64,000 bases of DNA from Minisyncoccota bacterium (GTDB lineage Bacteria; Patescibacteriota; Minisyncoccia; Phycocordibacterales; UBA9973): NCBI GenBank assembly GCA_031413715.1, contig JANOFO010000007.1, forward strand, positions 90,338 through 154,337. The letters run 5' to 3'. This document shows positions 39,862 through 49,732 of this stretch, in pieces. The position numbers and the translations under genes were made by a program. How positions within the stretch are numbered: position 1 is the first letter of the stretch; the number at the start of each line of letters is the position of its first letter. Under the pieces are notes generated by a model. It worked only from the letters and a program-made list of their open reading frames with translations. It had not been told where the DNA came from and did not search any database.

Positions 39862-40485
39862 GTGTGTTACTATAATGCTTATATGGAGGATAACAATAAT
39901 AAGGAACGAATTGCCCCTGTTCAAAAATCCAAATTGGGGAAGCATGCCGAGAACGCATGGGATCTGATCAAGTTCGCAATTATCGCACTTGCGATTGTTG
40001 TACCGATCCGCATGTTCGTAGCTCAACCATTCGTAGTGAGCGGTGAATCGATGTACCCTACATTTGATGATGGACAGTATTTGATCGTCGATGAGTTATC
40101 ATACAATCTAAATGGCGCTCGTCGTGGCGATGTTGTCATCTTCCGTTACCCGCTTGATCCATCTCGATTCTTCATAAAGAGAGTCATAGGTATGCCGAAT
40201 GAAAAGATAGATATCAAAGACGGCAAAGTAACAATCATAAATAAAGAAAAACCTAATGGTTTTGTGCTTATCGAGGATTACATAGATGAGCCGTTCCATA
40301 CAACGGCCACATATACCACTGGCACTGACGAGTACTTTGTCATGGGCGACAACCGCAACCGAAGCTCTGACTCACGTATATGGGGAGTCTTGCCAAAGAA
40401 GTTAATGATTGGGCGCGCATTTGTGCGACTTCTACCACTCAAAACCTTATCATATTTGCCAGGAGCAATAGAAGAAACGAAATAA
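39862..40485 (+). CDS. lepB: signal peptidase I
   Basis: SGESMYPTF catalytic Ser box, RGDVVIF and GDNRNRSSDSRIWG box E. Confidence 0.9.
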   Translation: MCYYNAYMEDNNNKERIAPVQKSKLGKHAENAWDLIKFAIIALAIVVPIRMFVAQPFVVSGESMYPTFDDGQYLIVDELSYNLNGARRGDVVIFRYPLDPSRFFIKRVIGMPNEKIDIKDGKVTIINKEKPNGFVLIEDYIDEPFHTTATYTTGTDEYFVMGDNRNRSSDSRIWGVLPKKLMIGRAFVRLLPLKTLSYLPGAIEETK

Positions 40486-40492
40486 ATAATGT

Positions 40493-41788
40493 ATGAATAC
40501 TGAAAAGAAAAAAGGAAGTAAAGAAGTAACATCGGTCAAAGGAATGCGCGATATTATAGACACTCAATATTATCAATTCCAGGGGTTTTTTGAAAAAGCT
40601 CAGGAGGTGGCAGTTTACTATGGCTTCAAGCCGATCGACACGCCTATCGTAGAGCATGAAGAGGTTTTCACCTCAGCTATTGGTATCGGCACTGATATCG
40701 TCGACAAAGAAATGTATACCCTCAAAACAAAAGGGGGTGACCATTTGGCACTTCGCCCTGAGCACACCGCAGGACTTATGCGTAGCTACATCGAGAACGG
40801 TATGCAGACCCTTCCCCAGCCAGTGCTTTTTTATAACTACGGTCCAATTTTCCGCCACGACAATCCTCAAAAAGGACGCTATCGTCAATTTTGGCAATTC
40901 GACATGGATGCGATCGGGTCAGAAAAAAGCATTCTCGATGCGCTTGTCATCAAGACTGCCTGGACAGTACTTTGCGAGGCAGGTGCTTCAAATCTTTCCA
41001 TAGACATAAACTCTATCGGTGACAAGGAGTGCAGGCAAAGCTATATTCGCGAGCTGGTTTCATATTATAAAAAGCATTTGAATGCTCTTCCGCCTATTGA
41101 CCGTGAGAGACTAAAAGTAAATCCCCTTCGAATCCTCGATTCAAAAGAAGAAAAAACGATAGAGCTCAATCAAGGTGCCCCAGAAACGCTCTCGCACCTA
41201 TGCCCTGCTTGCAAGAAACACTTCAAGGAAGTGCTTGAGTACTTGGAAGAGATGGAGATACCGTATTCGATAAACAAATGCCTCGTGCGTGGACTCTCGT
41301 ACTATACTCGTACCGTATTTGAAATCATGATACCAAATGAAGAAGATGGCAAGCTCGTCACTATTGCCTCTGGAGGACGCTACGACTATCTGGGCAAGCA
41401 GTTGGGAGCAAAAAAAGATGTACCGGCCGTCGGCTCAAGTATCGGAGTCGATCGAGTCGTTGAGGCCCCGTGGTTTGCCAAGCTCTCGCCCCGTATCATC
41501 AAGAAGCCAAAGATATATTTTATCCAACTTGGCTTTGATGCAAAATTAAAATCACTCAATGTCATAGAAATACTTCGCAAAGGAAAAATCCCGATAGCTC
41601 AATCGATATCAAAAGACAATCTCGGTGCTCAGCTTGCAGTCGCAGAAAAGCTCGGTATGCACTATGCGATAATCTTTGGGCAAAAAGAAGCGATGGAGAA
41701 CTCGGTGATTTTCCGCGATATGATAAATCGCTCACAAGAGACAGTAAAACTGCCAAAACTTTTAGAATACATAAAAGAACTCAAATAA
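40493..41788 (+). CDS. hisS: histidine--tRNA ligase
   Basis: GMRD motif, FRHDNPQKGRYRQFWQFDMDAIG motif 2 and a C-terminal anticodon-binding domain. Confidence 0.95.
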   Translation: MNTEKKKGSKEVTSVKGMRDIIDTQYYQFQGFFEKAQEVAVYYGFKPIDTPIVEHEEVFTSAIGIGTDIVDKEMYTLKTKGGDHLALRPEHTAGLMRSYIENGMQTLPQPVLFYNYGPIFRHDNPQKGRYRQFWQFDMDAIGSEKSILDALVIKTAWTVLCEAGASNLSIDINSIGDKECRQSYIRELVSYYKKHLNALPPIDRERLKVNPLRILDSKEEKTIELNQGAPETLSHLCPACKKHFKEVLEYLEEMEIPYSINKCLVRGLSYYTRTVFEIMIPNEEDGKLVTIASGGRYDYLGKQLGAKKDVPAVGSSIGVDRVVEAPWFAKLSPRIIKKPKIYFIQLGFDAKLKSLNVIEILRKGKIPIAQSISKDNLGAQLAVAEKLGMHYAIIFGQKEAMENSVIFRDMINRSQETVKLPKLLEYIKELK

Positions 41789-41813
41789 ATCCACCAAAAT
41801 TTTTGTAAAAACT

Positions 41814-42362
41814 ATGATTGAAATTGTTCAAAATGGTCATCCTGCGCTCCGCAAAATTGCAAGCGAAGTATCACGTGCGACTATCTCAAAACCAAAAATA
41901 CAAAAGGTCTTGAAAGACATGGCTCAGGCTCTCCACTCGCAAGATGACGGAGTGGCTATCGCGGCACCGCAGATAGGAGTATCACTTCGGATATTCATCG
42001 TATCAGGCAGAATTTTTGAAGAAGATTTCATTCGAGGCAAAAAACCGGAAAAAACAGCTAGAAAAATAAAGTCGATTCATAAAGATTTAGCTTTCATTAA
42101 TCCAGTTTTCAAAAAAATATCAAAAGATAGAAAGCTTCTTGCAGAGGGCTGTTTGTCAGTGCGGCCTCTGTATGGCAAAGTCCGCCGGGCTACCAAGGCC
42201 ACAATGGAAGCTTATGATGAGCATGGCAAGAGGTTCACCATGAGCGCATCAGGACTACTCGCACATATTTTTCAGCATGAGACTGATCATTTGGATGGCA
42301 TATTGTTCATAGATAAAGCGCGTGACATCCATGAATCAACATCAGATGAAGAATATAAGTAG
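41814..42362 (+). CDS. def: peptide deformylase
   Basis: GIAAPQIG, EGCLSV and HETDHLDG metal-binding motifs. Confidence 0.9.
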   Translation: MIEIVQNGHPALRKIASEVSRATISKPKIQKVLKDMAQALHSQDDGVAIAAPQIGVSLRIFIVSGRIFEEDFIRGKKPEKTARKIKSIHKDLAFINPVFKKISKDRKLLAEGCLSVRPLYGKVRRATKATMEAYDEHGKRFTMSASGLLAHIFQHETDHLDGILFIDKARDIHESTSDEEYK

Positions 42363-42412
42363 GGATTATAGCAAATAGAGTAAAATGAATAGTGAGATAA
42401 GACAATAAATAT

Positions 42413-43261
42413 ATGAAAAACATTTCCTTTGCATTTTTTGGTACTCCCGAATTTTCACTATTCGTACTTGAGGAAATAATTTCTGCTGGGTATTCCCCTT
42501 CATTGATAATAACTACACCAGACAAGCCAGCCGGACGAGGACTCGAAATTTCCGAGTCGCCAGTAAAGAAGTTTGCTATCGAAAACAATATTCCAGTACT
42601 TCAACCAGAAAAACTTGATGAAAAGTTTATTAAAGAATTAGAAGAAAGGAACTTAGAGTCATTTATAGTAGCTGCTTATGGAAAGTTAATCCCAGAATCT
42701 GTTTTGTCGATTGCAAAATATAGAGCTCTTAACGTACACCCATCACTCCTGCCAAGATATCGAGGCACTTCACCAGTCGAAAGCCAGATACTCGCTGATG
42801 AAAAAGATGTAGGCGTTACAGTTATTGAAATGGATAAAGAGATGGATCACGGACCTATAGTTGTAAATGAACATATTGATATACCAAATTGGCCAGTATC
42901 TCGAGATACGCTAAATCATATTTTATGGAAAAAGGGCGGGCAGATACTCTCACAAGTTATTCCTAAATGGCTTGAGGGTAAAATCCAAACAGTAAAACAA
43001 AATCATGAAGACGCTACTTTTACAAAAAAAATACACAAAGAAGATGGGCTTATTGACATATCGAAGCAAGGAAAAGAAAATTTCCTAAAATACTTAGCCT
43101 ACGAAGGTTGGCCAGGAGTATTCTTTTTTAAAAATGGAAAAAGAATAAAAATAACGAGAGTGCGATATGAAAACGACTCGTTCATCATTGAACGAGTCAT
43201 TCCCGAAGGGAAAAAGGAAGTTTCTTATGATGAATTCTTAAAGTCTAATATTTCGAAGTAA
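42413..43261 (+). CDS. fmt: methionyl-tRNA formyltransferase (short form)
   Basis: FGTPEFS N-terminus and NVHPSLLPRYRG formyltransferase motif. Confidence 0.85.
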   Translation: MKNISFAFFGTPEFSLFVLEEIISAGYSPSLIITTPDKPAGRGLEISESPVKKFAIENNIPVLQPEKLDEKFIKELEERNLESFIVAAYGKLIPESVLSIAKYRALNVHPSLLPRYRGTSPVESQILADEKDVGVTVIEMDKEMDHGPIVVNEHIDIPNWPVSRDTLNHILWKKGGQILSQVIPKWLEGKIQTVKQNHEDATFTKKIHKEDGLIDISKQGKENFLKYLAYEGWPGVFFFKNGKRIKITRVRYENDSFIIERVIPEGKKEVSYDEFLKSNISK

Positions 43262-43628
43262 ATGGATTTCTATCAGAAAGGCCTTTGAGCATCTTTTTGA
43301 TGCTTGCTGCCCCCCGCTTAAATAGCGTTTTTTTACGATCTTTGTTATTGCTGATTTTCTGCGTTATTTCTTCTTTGGCATCATCGATAGCAGAGTATAA
43401 GTCACTTTTCTCTGACATAGCAAAGAATTTTTCACCGTTCATATTTATATCGAATTCGGCTTTGAATACATCACCTTGCTTGTGGTGATTTGTAGTCTTT
43501 CCGATTTCTACGTGGCCTGTAATCTCACCATCTTTTCTAAATTTTTCTATCGTACCCAGACGCTTGTTCACGTAATCATTAATCGCACCAGTTAATTCCA
43601 TATTTGTCGCTTTTATATTGATGTTCAT
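43245..43628 (-). CDS. hpf: ribosome hibernation promoting factor (RaiA/HPF, short)
   Basis: MNINIKATNMELTGAINDYVNKRL... sigma-54-modulation-protein fold pattern, 127 aa. Confidence 0.85.
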   Translation of the reverse strand: MNINIKATNMELTGAINDYVNKRLGTIEKFRKDGEITGHVEIGKTTNHHKQGDVFKAEFDINMNGEKFFAMSEKSDLYSAIDDAKEEITQKISNNKDRKKTLFKRGAASIKKMLKGLSDRNPFTSKY

Positions 43629-43800
43629 CCCGTTAGAGATAGTCCCCCGTAGGTGGACGTATCTTATTAATTATTATTAATATATAAAACTGAGGCGACC
43701 CATATTTATTATACTACAAAACTCAGATAAAACATCTCTCTAATGGGATTCAGAATTTTTATATCTAGCAACAAACAACAAATAGAGCTATAATGTAACT

Positions 43801-43926
43801 ATGAAAAAAGAAATTAAAATGCATCAAAAGAGTCCTGCCAATGGATTGTATCGAGCATCTCGCCTACCGACTGCTGTAAAAAACTTCGGCAACCGCCAGA
43901 TTCGTAAGGCAAAGAAGTCAAAATAA
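43801..43926 (+). CDS. small basic protein, 41 aa, unassigned
   Basis: Manual translation MKKEIKMHQKSPANGLYRASRLPTAVKNFGNRQIRKAKKSK; below the ORF-track size cutoff. Confidence 0.2.
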   Translation: MKKEIKMHQKSPANGLYRASRLPTAVKNFGNRQIRKAKKSK

Positions 43927-44022
43927 GACTCAGAAGTTTCATGTATCAATCAACTCGTATTTCCATTGACTACTTTCCTTATATATGACATAATGTATTT
44001 GAACCTTTAAAACTCGTTAAAT

Positions 44023-44430
44023 ATGACAACTAAAATCATGTTGTTTATCGCCTTATTTGTATTGTCATATCTTATGACTATGCAAATAATTTTGGGCATA
44101 AAAACCCGCAAGAATATCTGCCACTTGAAAGACGGTGTACAACCGTTTACAAAGCACAAAAAATATGGAAGGATTATATTCTTCTTTATGTTAGCTTTGG
44201 TAATTTCTATCGAATTAATGGTAAGAATTAAAGGCAGTGTAGTAAAGACAGATGATCTTTTCTACTTCCACATTGCATTTTCCAGCGCATTTTTTGTGAC
44301 TACTTTTTTCCTTAATTGGCCATTTAACGGTCAGAGGAGCAAACATCACAAAGAGATGGCGTATTGGGGGCTCACCTTCTTCTTAGTTATGATTGGAACA
44401 GCTGTTCCAATCATCTTACGATTAGAATGA
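44023..44430 (+). CDS. hypothetical multi-pass membrane protein
   Basis: 135 aa with four predicted hydrophobic helices. Confidence 0.45.
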   Translation: MTTKIMLFIALFVLSYLMTMQIILGIKTRKNICHLKDGVQPFTKHKKYGRIIFFFMLALVISIELMVRIKGSVVKTDDLFYFHIAFSSAFFVTTFFLNWPFNGQRSKHHKEMAYWGLTFFLVMIGTAVPIILRLE

Positions 44431-44447
44431 TAACCTTTTATTTTGTC

Positions 44448-44486
44448 GCAGCCCATTCCCTTCACAGAGAATGGGCTGCTTTTTAT
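44448..44486 (+). terminator. rho-independent terminator
   Basis: gcagcccat...atgggctgc 9-bp stem followed by a tttttattt run, 18 bp after the stop at 44430. Confidence 0.55.
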
Positions 44487-44539
44487 TTACCCTTGACTAA
44501 TTTATTTTCAAATGGTAATTTGAGCAAAACCGCAATGGT

Positions 44540-44911
44540 ATGAAAATTAGTGAAGATAAAACCATCTTAGATCTTCTCTTTCGTAAGGCACAAAAGAATA
44601 ATGTTAGGGAGTGTTTGAATTTCTTAAAAAACGTATTGACACTCAGTAACTCTTTCAGAACAGCACTTTTGGAGAAAGACCGAGTTGGAAAAAAATTTAA
44701 CAAAACTGACCGAATTAGAAACGAAATTGACAAGTTGGTGAATAAGGAAGGAGTAATCCCCCAGTTTATCAATGAGTTAATTGCCATCATTCGGAAGGGA
44801 AAAATTGAGACAATCAGAACAGAAATAAAAGACAAAAAAGTGGAGGTTACTGCCATCACTGATTTTGATCAGCTTTTATCAAAACTACTGATGCCTCAAT
44901 TACAAGAATGA
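44540..44911 (+). CDS. hypothetical charged protein
   Basis: 123-aa Lys/Glu-rich ORF, followed by the inverted repeat gaatgattt...aaatcattc and a T-run. The overlapping minus ORF 44497..44859 is judged a shadow. Confidence 0.35.
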   Translation: MKISEDKTILDLLFRKAQKNNVRECLNFLKNVLTLSNSFRTALLEKDRVGKKFNKTDRIRNEIDKLVNKEGVIPQFINELIAIIRKGKIETIRTEIKDKKVEVTAITDFDQLLSKLLMPQLQE

Positions 44912-45050
44912 TTTAGCTTTAATTTGGCAAATCATTCTTTTTTATTTAAGAGAAATAATTTTGCTTTTTTAAGCCAATTTTGATAGTATTCATACATTCT
45001 GGAGTAGACTGATATGGATCAGGACTTAGGATGTGAGTGCATAAAAGCAT

Positions 45051-45125
45051 TCCGGAGTAGCTCAGCGGTAGAGCAAGCGACTGTTAATCGCTTGGTCGCA
45101 GGTTCGATCCCTGCCTCCGGAGCCA
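45051..45125 (+). tRNA. tRNA-Asn (anticodon GTT), CCA encoded
   Basis: TCCGGAGTAGCTCAGCGGTAGAGCAAGCGACTGTTAATCGCTTGGTCGCAGGTTCGATCCCTGCCTCCGGAGCCA with anticodon loop CTGTTAA. Confidence 0.85.
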
Positions 45126-46727
45126 GATAGGATTAACATCAGCGAAAGCTGGTGTTTTTCCTTTATTGACGGGCTCTTTTGGCGGTTCGAAACTCTTTTT
45201 TTCGTCTACTTTTTCTCCCAACATCTGCATTACGCGGTCAGAGACCATTTTAAAGGCTTTGTGGTATGAAATCTCAACTTTCTTGCCATTTATCGTCGAG
45301 TTCGAAAATAAAAGGGACATAAGCAACTTCTTGTCGTCGACCATCTCGATACTGCTTCGGTTTACATAAATCTTTCGCGCTTCCTTTGCCATTTGTAGAA
45401 AGGTCGATCCCATATCGTAGTACTTGAGGTTGGCATTCTTATGCTTATTGAGGCTATCCATCACTTCCTCCTGCTCGATCTTGTACTGCTCATACTTTTT
45501 CTGATAGAAATCCTCGCTTATTTTGCCGTCGATCTTGTCGTCGTATATCTTGTCCAATCTCTGCGTGGCTACTTGGTAGCGTCGCTCGAGCTCGCCGGTG
45601 GCCTTTTCTCTGAATTCTATTTCCTCGCCGTGGCTTTCCTTGAGAGCTGTTTGGACCCAGCCAAGCATGTTTTCTATTGCCTCATCGTGCCTGGAGCTTA
45701 GTTGCTCAATATTCTCCATTACCTGCAAATCAACATTTTCCTGTTTGACCCATTCTCGCTGGGAACAGTTTTTATAATGGTTACAGTGGCCATACCAGTG
45801 GCCTTTCTGTATCTCCCACGTCACCTTTCCTTTGCATTCGTCACAGCGGAAGACATTTTTAAAAAGCGAATTATGCTTATTGTGTTTCGGCGTGCCGTTG
45901 CTATGCATAATGTCTTGGCACCGCATAAATAATTCTTTGGTGATCAATGGCTCATGTTCACCTTTACCGACCTTACCATTCCAACGATTCATTCCATAAT
46001 AAAACGGATCGCCGAGAAGCTGATGGACTCGCGAGTGACTCACTTTGTTTCCTCCTCGAGATCGCATGCCGAGCTTATACATTTCTTCGGCCAGTCTTTT
46101 TGTTGAGCTTACGTTTGTAGCATAGAGATCAAACATTTTCTTAACCAGTGGTGATTTTTCTTCGTCTAGCACATGAATTTTATGTCCTTTCTCGCCGATG
46201 GTTTTATATCCGAGCGGAGGCTTGCTCGGTAGCCAACCTTGAGCAAGTTTTTCTTTCTGTCCTTTCTTTACGTTTTCGGAAAGGAGTCGGATGTAGTATT
46301 CGGCCGTTGCTACTTTCACTCGCCACATAAACCATTCGTGCGACTTGGAGTCCTTGTGGAGAGTACATCCTTCTTTGACTAGATGGATCGTATGCTTTTC
46401 ATCGGCCAGTATCCACTCGTCGATTATCGGCACATCGGCAAAGTTACGGGTTAAGCGGTCAGTCGTTTCCACGAAGATCGTGTTGATCTTGGACTTGGTT
46501 ACATATTCCAACATTTCGTGAAATATCTTTCGCTGGATTTTTCCAGCGGCCGACTCTTGAATGGCAAAAACTTTTACGAGCTCAAAGCCGTTCCGGTCAG
46601 CATAATCTCGCAAAAGTTTCTCTTGAGCCGGAAGCGAATAGCCGGTGTCCTCCTGATCCTTGGAAGACACCCGGGCATAGCCTACGGCCTGCATCGATTG
46701 ATTTTCTTGATTCATTATCATAATCAT
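45084..46727 (-). CDS. large serine recombinase (integrase)
   Basis: AVGYARVSSKDQ catalytic motif, a recombinase domain, a zinc ribbon CDECKGK...HCNHYKNC and a coiled coil. The C-terminal 14 codons are antisense to the tRNA-Asn 3' half. Confidence 0.9.
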   Translation of the reverse strand: MIMIMNQENQSMQAVGYARVSSKDQEDTGYSLPAQEKLLRDYADRNGFELVKVFAIQESAAGKIQRKIFHEMLEYVTKSKINTIFVETTDRLTRNFADVPIIDEWILADEKHTIHLVKEGCTLHKDSKSHEWFMWRVKVATAEYYIRLLSENVKKGQKEKLAQGWLPSKPPLGYKTIGEKGHKIHVLDEEKSPLVKKMFDLYATNVSSTKRLAEEMYKLGMRSRGGNKVSHSRVHQLLGDPFYYGMNRWNGKVGKGEHEPLITKELFMRCQDIMHSNGTPKHNKHNSLFKNVFRCDECKGKVTWEIQKGHWYGHCNHYKNCSQREWVKQENVDLQVMENIEQLSSRHDEAIENMLGWVQTALKESHGEEIEFREKATGELERRYQVATQRLDKIYDDKIDGKISEDFYQKKYEQYKIEQEEVMDSLNKHKNANLKYYDMGSTFLQMAKEARKIYVNRSSIEMVDDKKLLMSLLFSNSTINGKKVEISYHKAFKMVSDRVMQMLGEKVDEKKSFEPPKEPVNKGKTPAFADVNPIWLRRQGSNLRPSD

Positions 46728-46826
46728 TTAGTTAATAATTTTGTTGGTTCGAATGCGACTTTTCGTACCACGACACACCCTATACTAATTTTTCGGACAC
46801 GCTAAGCTCGAGTTGCCCACAATCGG

Positions 46827-47435
46827 TTATTCTCCGTCTGCAAGCCACTTTTTTATTATCGCGGCTTTCGCATCGGGATATTGATTGCGTGCGAGTGCCA
46901 GTTGCATTTCATAAGGAATAAACTCCCAGCGTTCGCCTGGAGACATCTCGCTAAAGTTGATCTTATTAAGTTGAAGAGTTTCTTTCGGATGACCCTCCAC
47001 ACGATCCAGTAGTTCCTTGATAGCGGACAGCTTCACGCCATCGTTCTGGCTTCCCATAAGAGCGACGAGCATTTCGTTGGCCAAACGAAAGTTTTGCTCA
47101 CGAACACGTACACCGGCTTTTCGGACAATGTCCACGGTTTCCTGATGGATCGCATCCATTTCCTGTTCGTACAGCTCGTAGGTTTCCCGTAGCGTTCCCG
47201 ATTGCCTGAACCAGTCTTTGACGGTTTGCTCGGTGAATTTGGCTTTTCTACTTTTTTCAAACCGATGATTGATATCCTCGGCGATGTTTTGGTAGGAATG
47301 CCCTTTATATTTCAGCTCGAGTGCTCGCTCGTGGTATTTGGTTATGTGTTTAAGCTTGGCCATAAAAGTGGAGTTTAGTGGAGTCTTTTCTTGCTCTCGA
47401 TTGGGATGATGAGGAGCGGTCTTCCGGTTGTCCAC
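46827..47435 (-). CDS. hypothetical protein (phage-like cargo)
   Basis: 202-aa ORF; no motif recognised. Confidence 0.4.
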   Translation of the reverse strand: MDNRKTAPHHPNREQEKTPLNSTFMAKLKHITKYHERALELKYKGHSYQNIAEDINHRFEKSRKAKFTEQTVKDWFRQSGTLRETYELYEQEMDAIHQETVDIVRKAGVRVREQNFRLANEMLVALMGSQNDGVKLSAIKELLDRVEGHPKETLQLNKINFSEMSPGERWEFIPYEMQLALARNQYPDAKAAIIKKWLADGE

Positions 47436-47581
47436 TCGATGATGTAAGCGGCCGCTTGAGCTCTTACGACTTTGTCTTTGCTTCCCAGAAGTGAGATCAG
47501 AACTTTCGCCGCTTTTGGCATGTTCTTTCGGATGATCTCATCAGCGATTTCAATTTCAGTTTTCTTTTTATGATTGGTCAT
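47375..47581 (-). CDS. small hypothetical protein overlapping the downstream gene by 61 nt
   Basis: 68-aa ORF. Confidence 0.3.
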   Translation of the reverse strand: MTNHKKKTEIEIADEIIRKNMPKAAKVLISLLGSKDKVVRAQAAAYIIEWTTGRPLLIIPIESKKRLH

Positions 47582-47586
47582 GGATT

Positions 47587-48174
47587 TTAGTAATTACGCT
47601 TGTGTCGATTCGACGAGAACGACATCTTGGCCACGAGACTCGCTTTCATCTCGTTTATTTTCTTAATTTGGTTTTGGCCGTTAACTTCTTTATAATTTTC
47701 TTTAATTTCTTTTAAACCCTTAGCTTCTATATCATCGCCGTCTGACGCAGTGTGCATGTCATGCCGTCCGGTATTTCGTGTTGATCGGCCTCCGTCCTGC
47801 TTCAAATGTAGGACGGAGAGCAATGTAATGCTTCGGGGTTTAAACTTTGCATCTTCACCACGGATTTTAGTGATAGCGATAAAAGTCCACTCCTCGAGCT
47901 TGTCCAAACATTTCTTTATCGTTCGCCAATCTTTGAGGCCAGAGTAAATCAAAAGCGTCTTATTTGATGCTTCGATGGTCTGGCTTGCCTTATTGGAGGC
48001 AATTTCGGTTAAGGCGCAATAGACATTACGAAGATTCCGATATGCATCAACACCAATGTGCTTATCAAGCCACTGCTGGCGCATAAACCGCAAAGCCGGT
48101 TTGTCTTGGTAGGCAAACGGGGCTTCGCGGTAATCTCGGACCTTATGCTTCTTGTCGCTTGGGTACATTGTCAT
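47587..48174 (-). CDS. hypothetical protein (phage-like cargo)
   Basis: 195-aa ORF. Confidence 0.4.
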   Translation of the reverse strand: MTMYPSDKKHKVRDYREAPFAYQDKPALRFMRQQWLDKHIGVDAYRNLRNVYCALTEIASNKASQTIEASNKTLLIYSGLKDWRTIKKCLDKLEEWTFIAITKIRGEDAKFKPRSITLLSVLHLKQDGGRSTRNTGRHDMHTASDGDDIEAKGLKEIKENYKEVNGQNQIKKINEMKASLVAKMSFSSNRHKRNY

Positions 48175-48442
48175 ATGGTTCTATGAGCGTTCGACCACTG
48201 GTGATGTCCTCAGTGTAGAATCGCGACAAAGCATCGTAATAATTTACGAGATTGAATGCTATGTCGTGCAGGTCTTGGTCATTCACTTCCTGACCGAAGT
48301 CTCTTTTGAGAATCACGCGAAGCTTCTCCAGCGTTTCCGGTTTTATTTTCACAGGTCTTAGTTCTCGGCATAAATCCGTACTTTGACCTGTTTGAGCTCG
48401 TTGAAGAACGCTTGAGGCTCGACTTGAAGCTCGCGGCTCCAA
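48143..48442 (-). CDS. small hypothetical protein
   Basis: 99-aa ORF overlapping its neighbours, typical of compact phage operons. The alternative ORF 48358..48600 overlaps it. Confidence 0.3.
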   Translation of the reverse strand: MEPRASSRASSVLQRAQTGQSTDLCRELRPVKIKPETLEKLRVILKRDFGQEVNDQDLHDIAFNLVNYYDALSRFYTEDITSGRTLIEPYDNVPKRQEA

Positions 48443-48766
48443 TATCGCTTCACCAGAGAATCCAAGTCCGGGCTCTTGCCGAAGCAGAAGAGCACCTTGT
48501 GCGGATTTCCCCGATCCACGACCTCAAGAGAATCAGGAATAAATAATAAAAGCACCGCGACCAATGCCAGGTCGGCGGTTTTGTAGTAATTGTTTTCCAT
48601 ATTTTGGCATTTTCATTGTCATTAACTTCCTCTCACACACTTTTATTGTTGCAGTTGGACCGCACCTCTTTACATACTCTTTAGGTAAATTCAGAAACAA
48701 AAAAGATGGCTATTTATGCCGCTTGTAAAAAAGTTATCAAGAAGGGTCGGGAGAGTACCAGCGATT

Positions 48767-49396
48767 TTATTCCTTTTTCAAAATTATGCCCGGATAAATT
48801 CGATATCCGGAGTCTCGGTATCCTTCTATTAGTTTAAAGACACCGAGTTCTTTATGGGCGATCCTGTTCATGGCATCAACGGCACTCTCAAGCGATTTCC
48901 TGGATACGAAACCGCAGAGTTCTATCAGAGTTTCAGTTGGCACATAAGTTTTGTGAGCGATCAATGTCCGGAGCATCTTGTCCCGGTAGCTATTTACTTC
49001 CAAACGATAGCAATGGTCGCTTTTAGGTTCGCAGTAGAGTTCATGGTCAGTTGAAAAATAGACTATCGTTTTGTTTTTGATTGGCTGGATCGGCGTGGTT
49101 ACTTTTTCAAACCAATAATCCACCACGTCCTTAGCTATCCTTTTTCTCTCGCTTTTGTTTTGTTTCTGGTATTCCTGTATGCCGGATAAAATGTTTTCTG
49201 TTTTGGCTAGCCGGTTTTTGTATTCCAGTTGGGCTTCCCACATTTTTTGACTCAAAGTTTTTACGACTTCGGTCGCTTCTCTTAAAGCCAACACGAGTCC
49301 GGCATTATCAAAAGCATTTTGGACCGCGTCTTTCGTTGCGATAATATCAAATCTATAACAGCTCTCGATCGAGACTTTCGTCATTGTCATAATCAT
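48767..49396 (-). CDS. hypothetical protein (phage-like cargo)
   Basis: 209-aa ORF. The 10-bp inverted repeat gctcgcgatc...gatcgcgagc lies just upstream at 49413..49454. Confidence 0.4.
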   Translation of the reverse strand: MIMTMTKVSIESCYRFDIIATKDAVQNAFDNAGLVLALREATEVVKTLSQKMWEAQLEYKNRLAKTENILSGIQEYQKQNKSERKRIAKDVVDYWFEKVTTPIQPIKNKTIVYFSTDHELYCEPKSDHCYRLEVNSYRDKMLRTLIAHKTYVPTETLIELCGFVSRKSLESAVDAMNRIAHKELGVFKLIEGYRDSGYRIYPGIILKKE

Positions 49397-49664
49397 TATC
49401 AGTTAAACAAAAGGCTCGCGATCCGTAATCACAAAAGTGACGTAGATCGCGAGCTCTTGGGCCCGGAATGCCTTTCAGGTTTGCCTCGTAGGGCGCTTAT
49501 TTAACTGTTGGATTCATTTTATCACTTTTACCTGTTTAGCCATAGTTCAGCGCGGTGGACAAAAAGTACCGATTCTGTCCAGTACAGCGATTTAACTGCT
49601 CAAAATCGGCGTTTCCGTAATGATACAAAAGTGTACTAGTTCGGAAATGGTTAAACTAATTATC

Positions 49665-49693
49665 TTGCAATCGATTCAAATATAGCATATAAT
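49665..49693 (+). promoter_or_regulatory. sigma-70-like promoter for the abiEi-abiEii operon
   Basis: TTGCAA, then a 17-nt spacer, then TATAAT, about 40 bp upstream of the ATG at 49733. Confidence 0.35.
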
Positions 49694-49732
49694 GTACTGG
49701 AACTAACCTTTAAGGTTATTTCTAGTCTATAT

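Noticed and set aside
44497-44859. 120-aa minus ORF overlapping the 44540..44911 + ORF
   Set aside because: Its hydrophobic, Ser/Phe-rich translation is typical of a reverse-frame artefact of an AT-rich Lys/Glu-coding strand. The + frame was kept, itself at low confidence.
47375-47435. Programmed frameshift joining the 68-aa and 202-aa ORFs
   Set aside because: I saw no slippery heptamer or downstream structure; overlap alone is common in phage-type operons.
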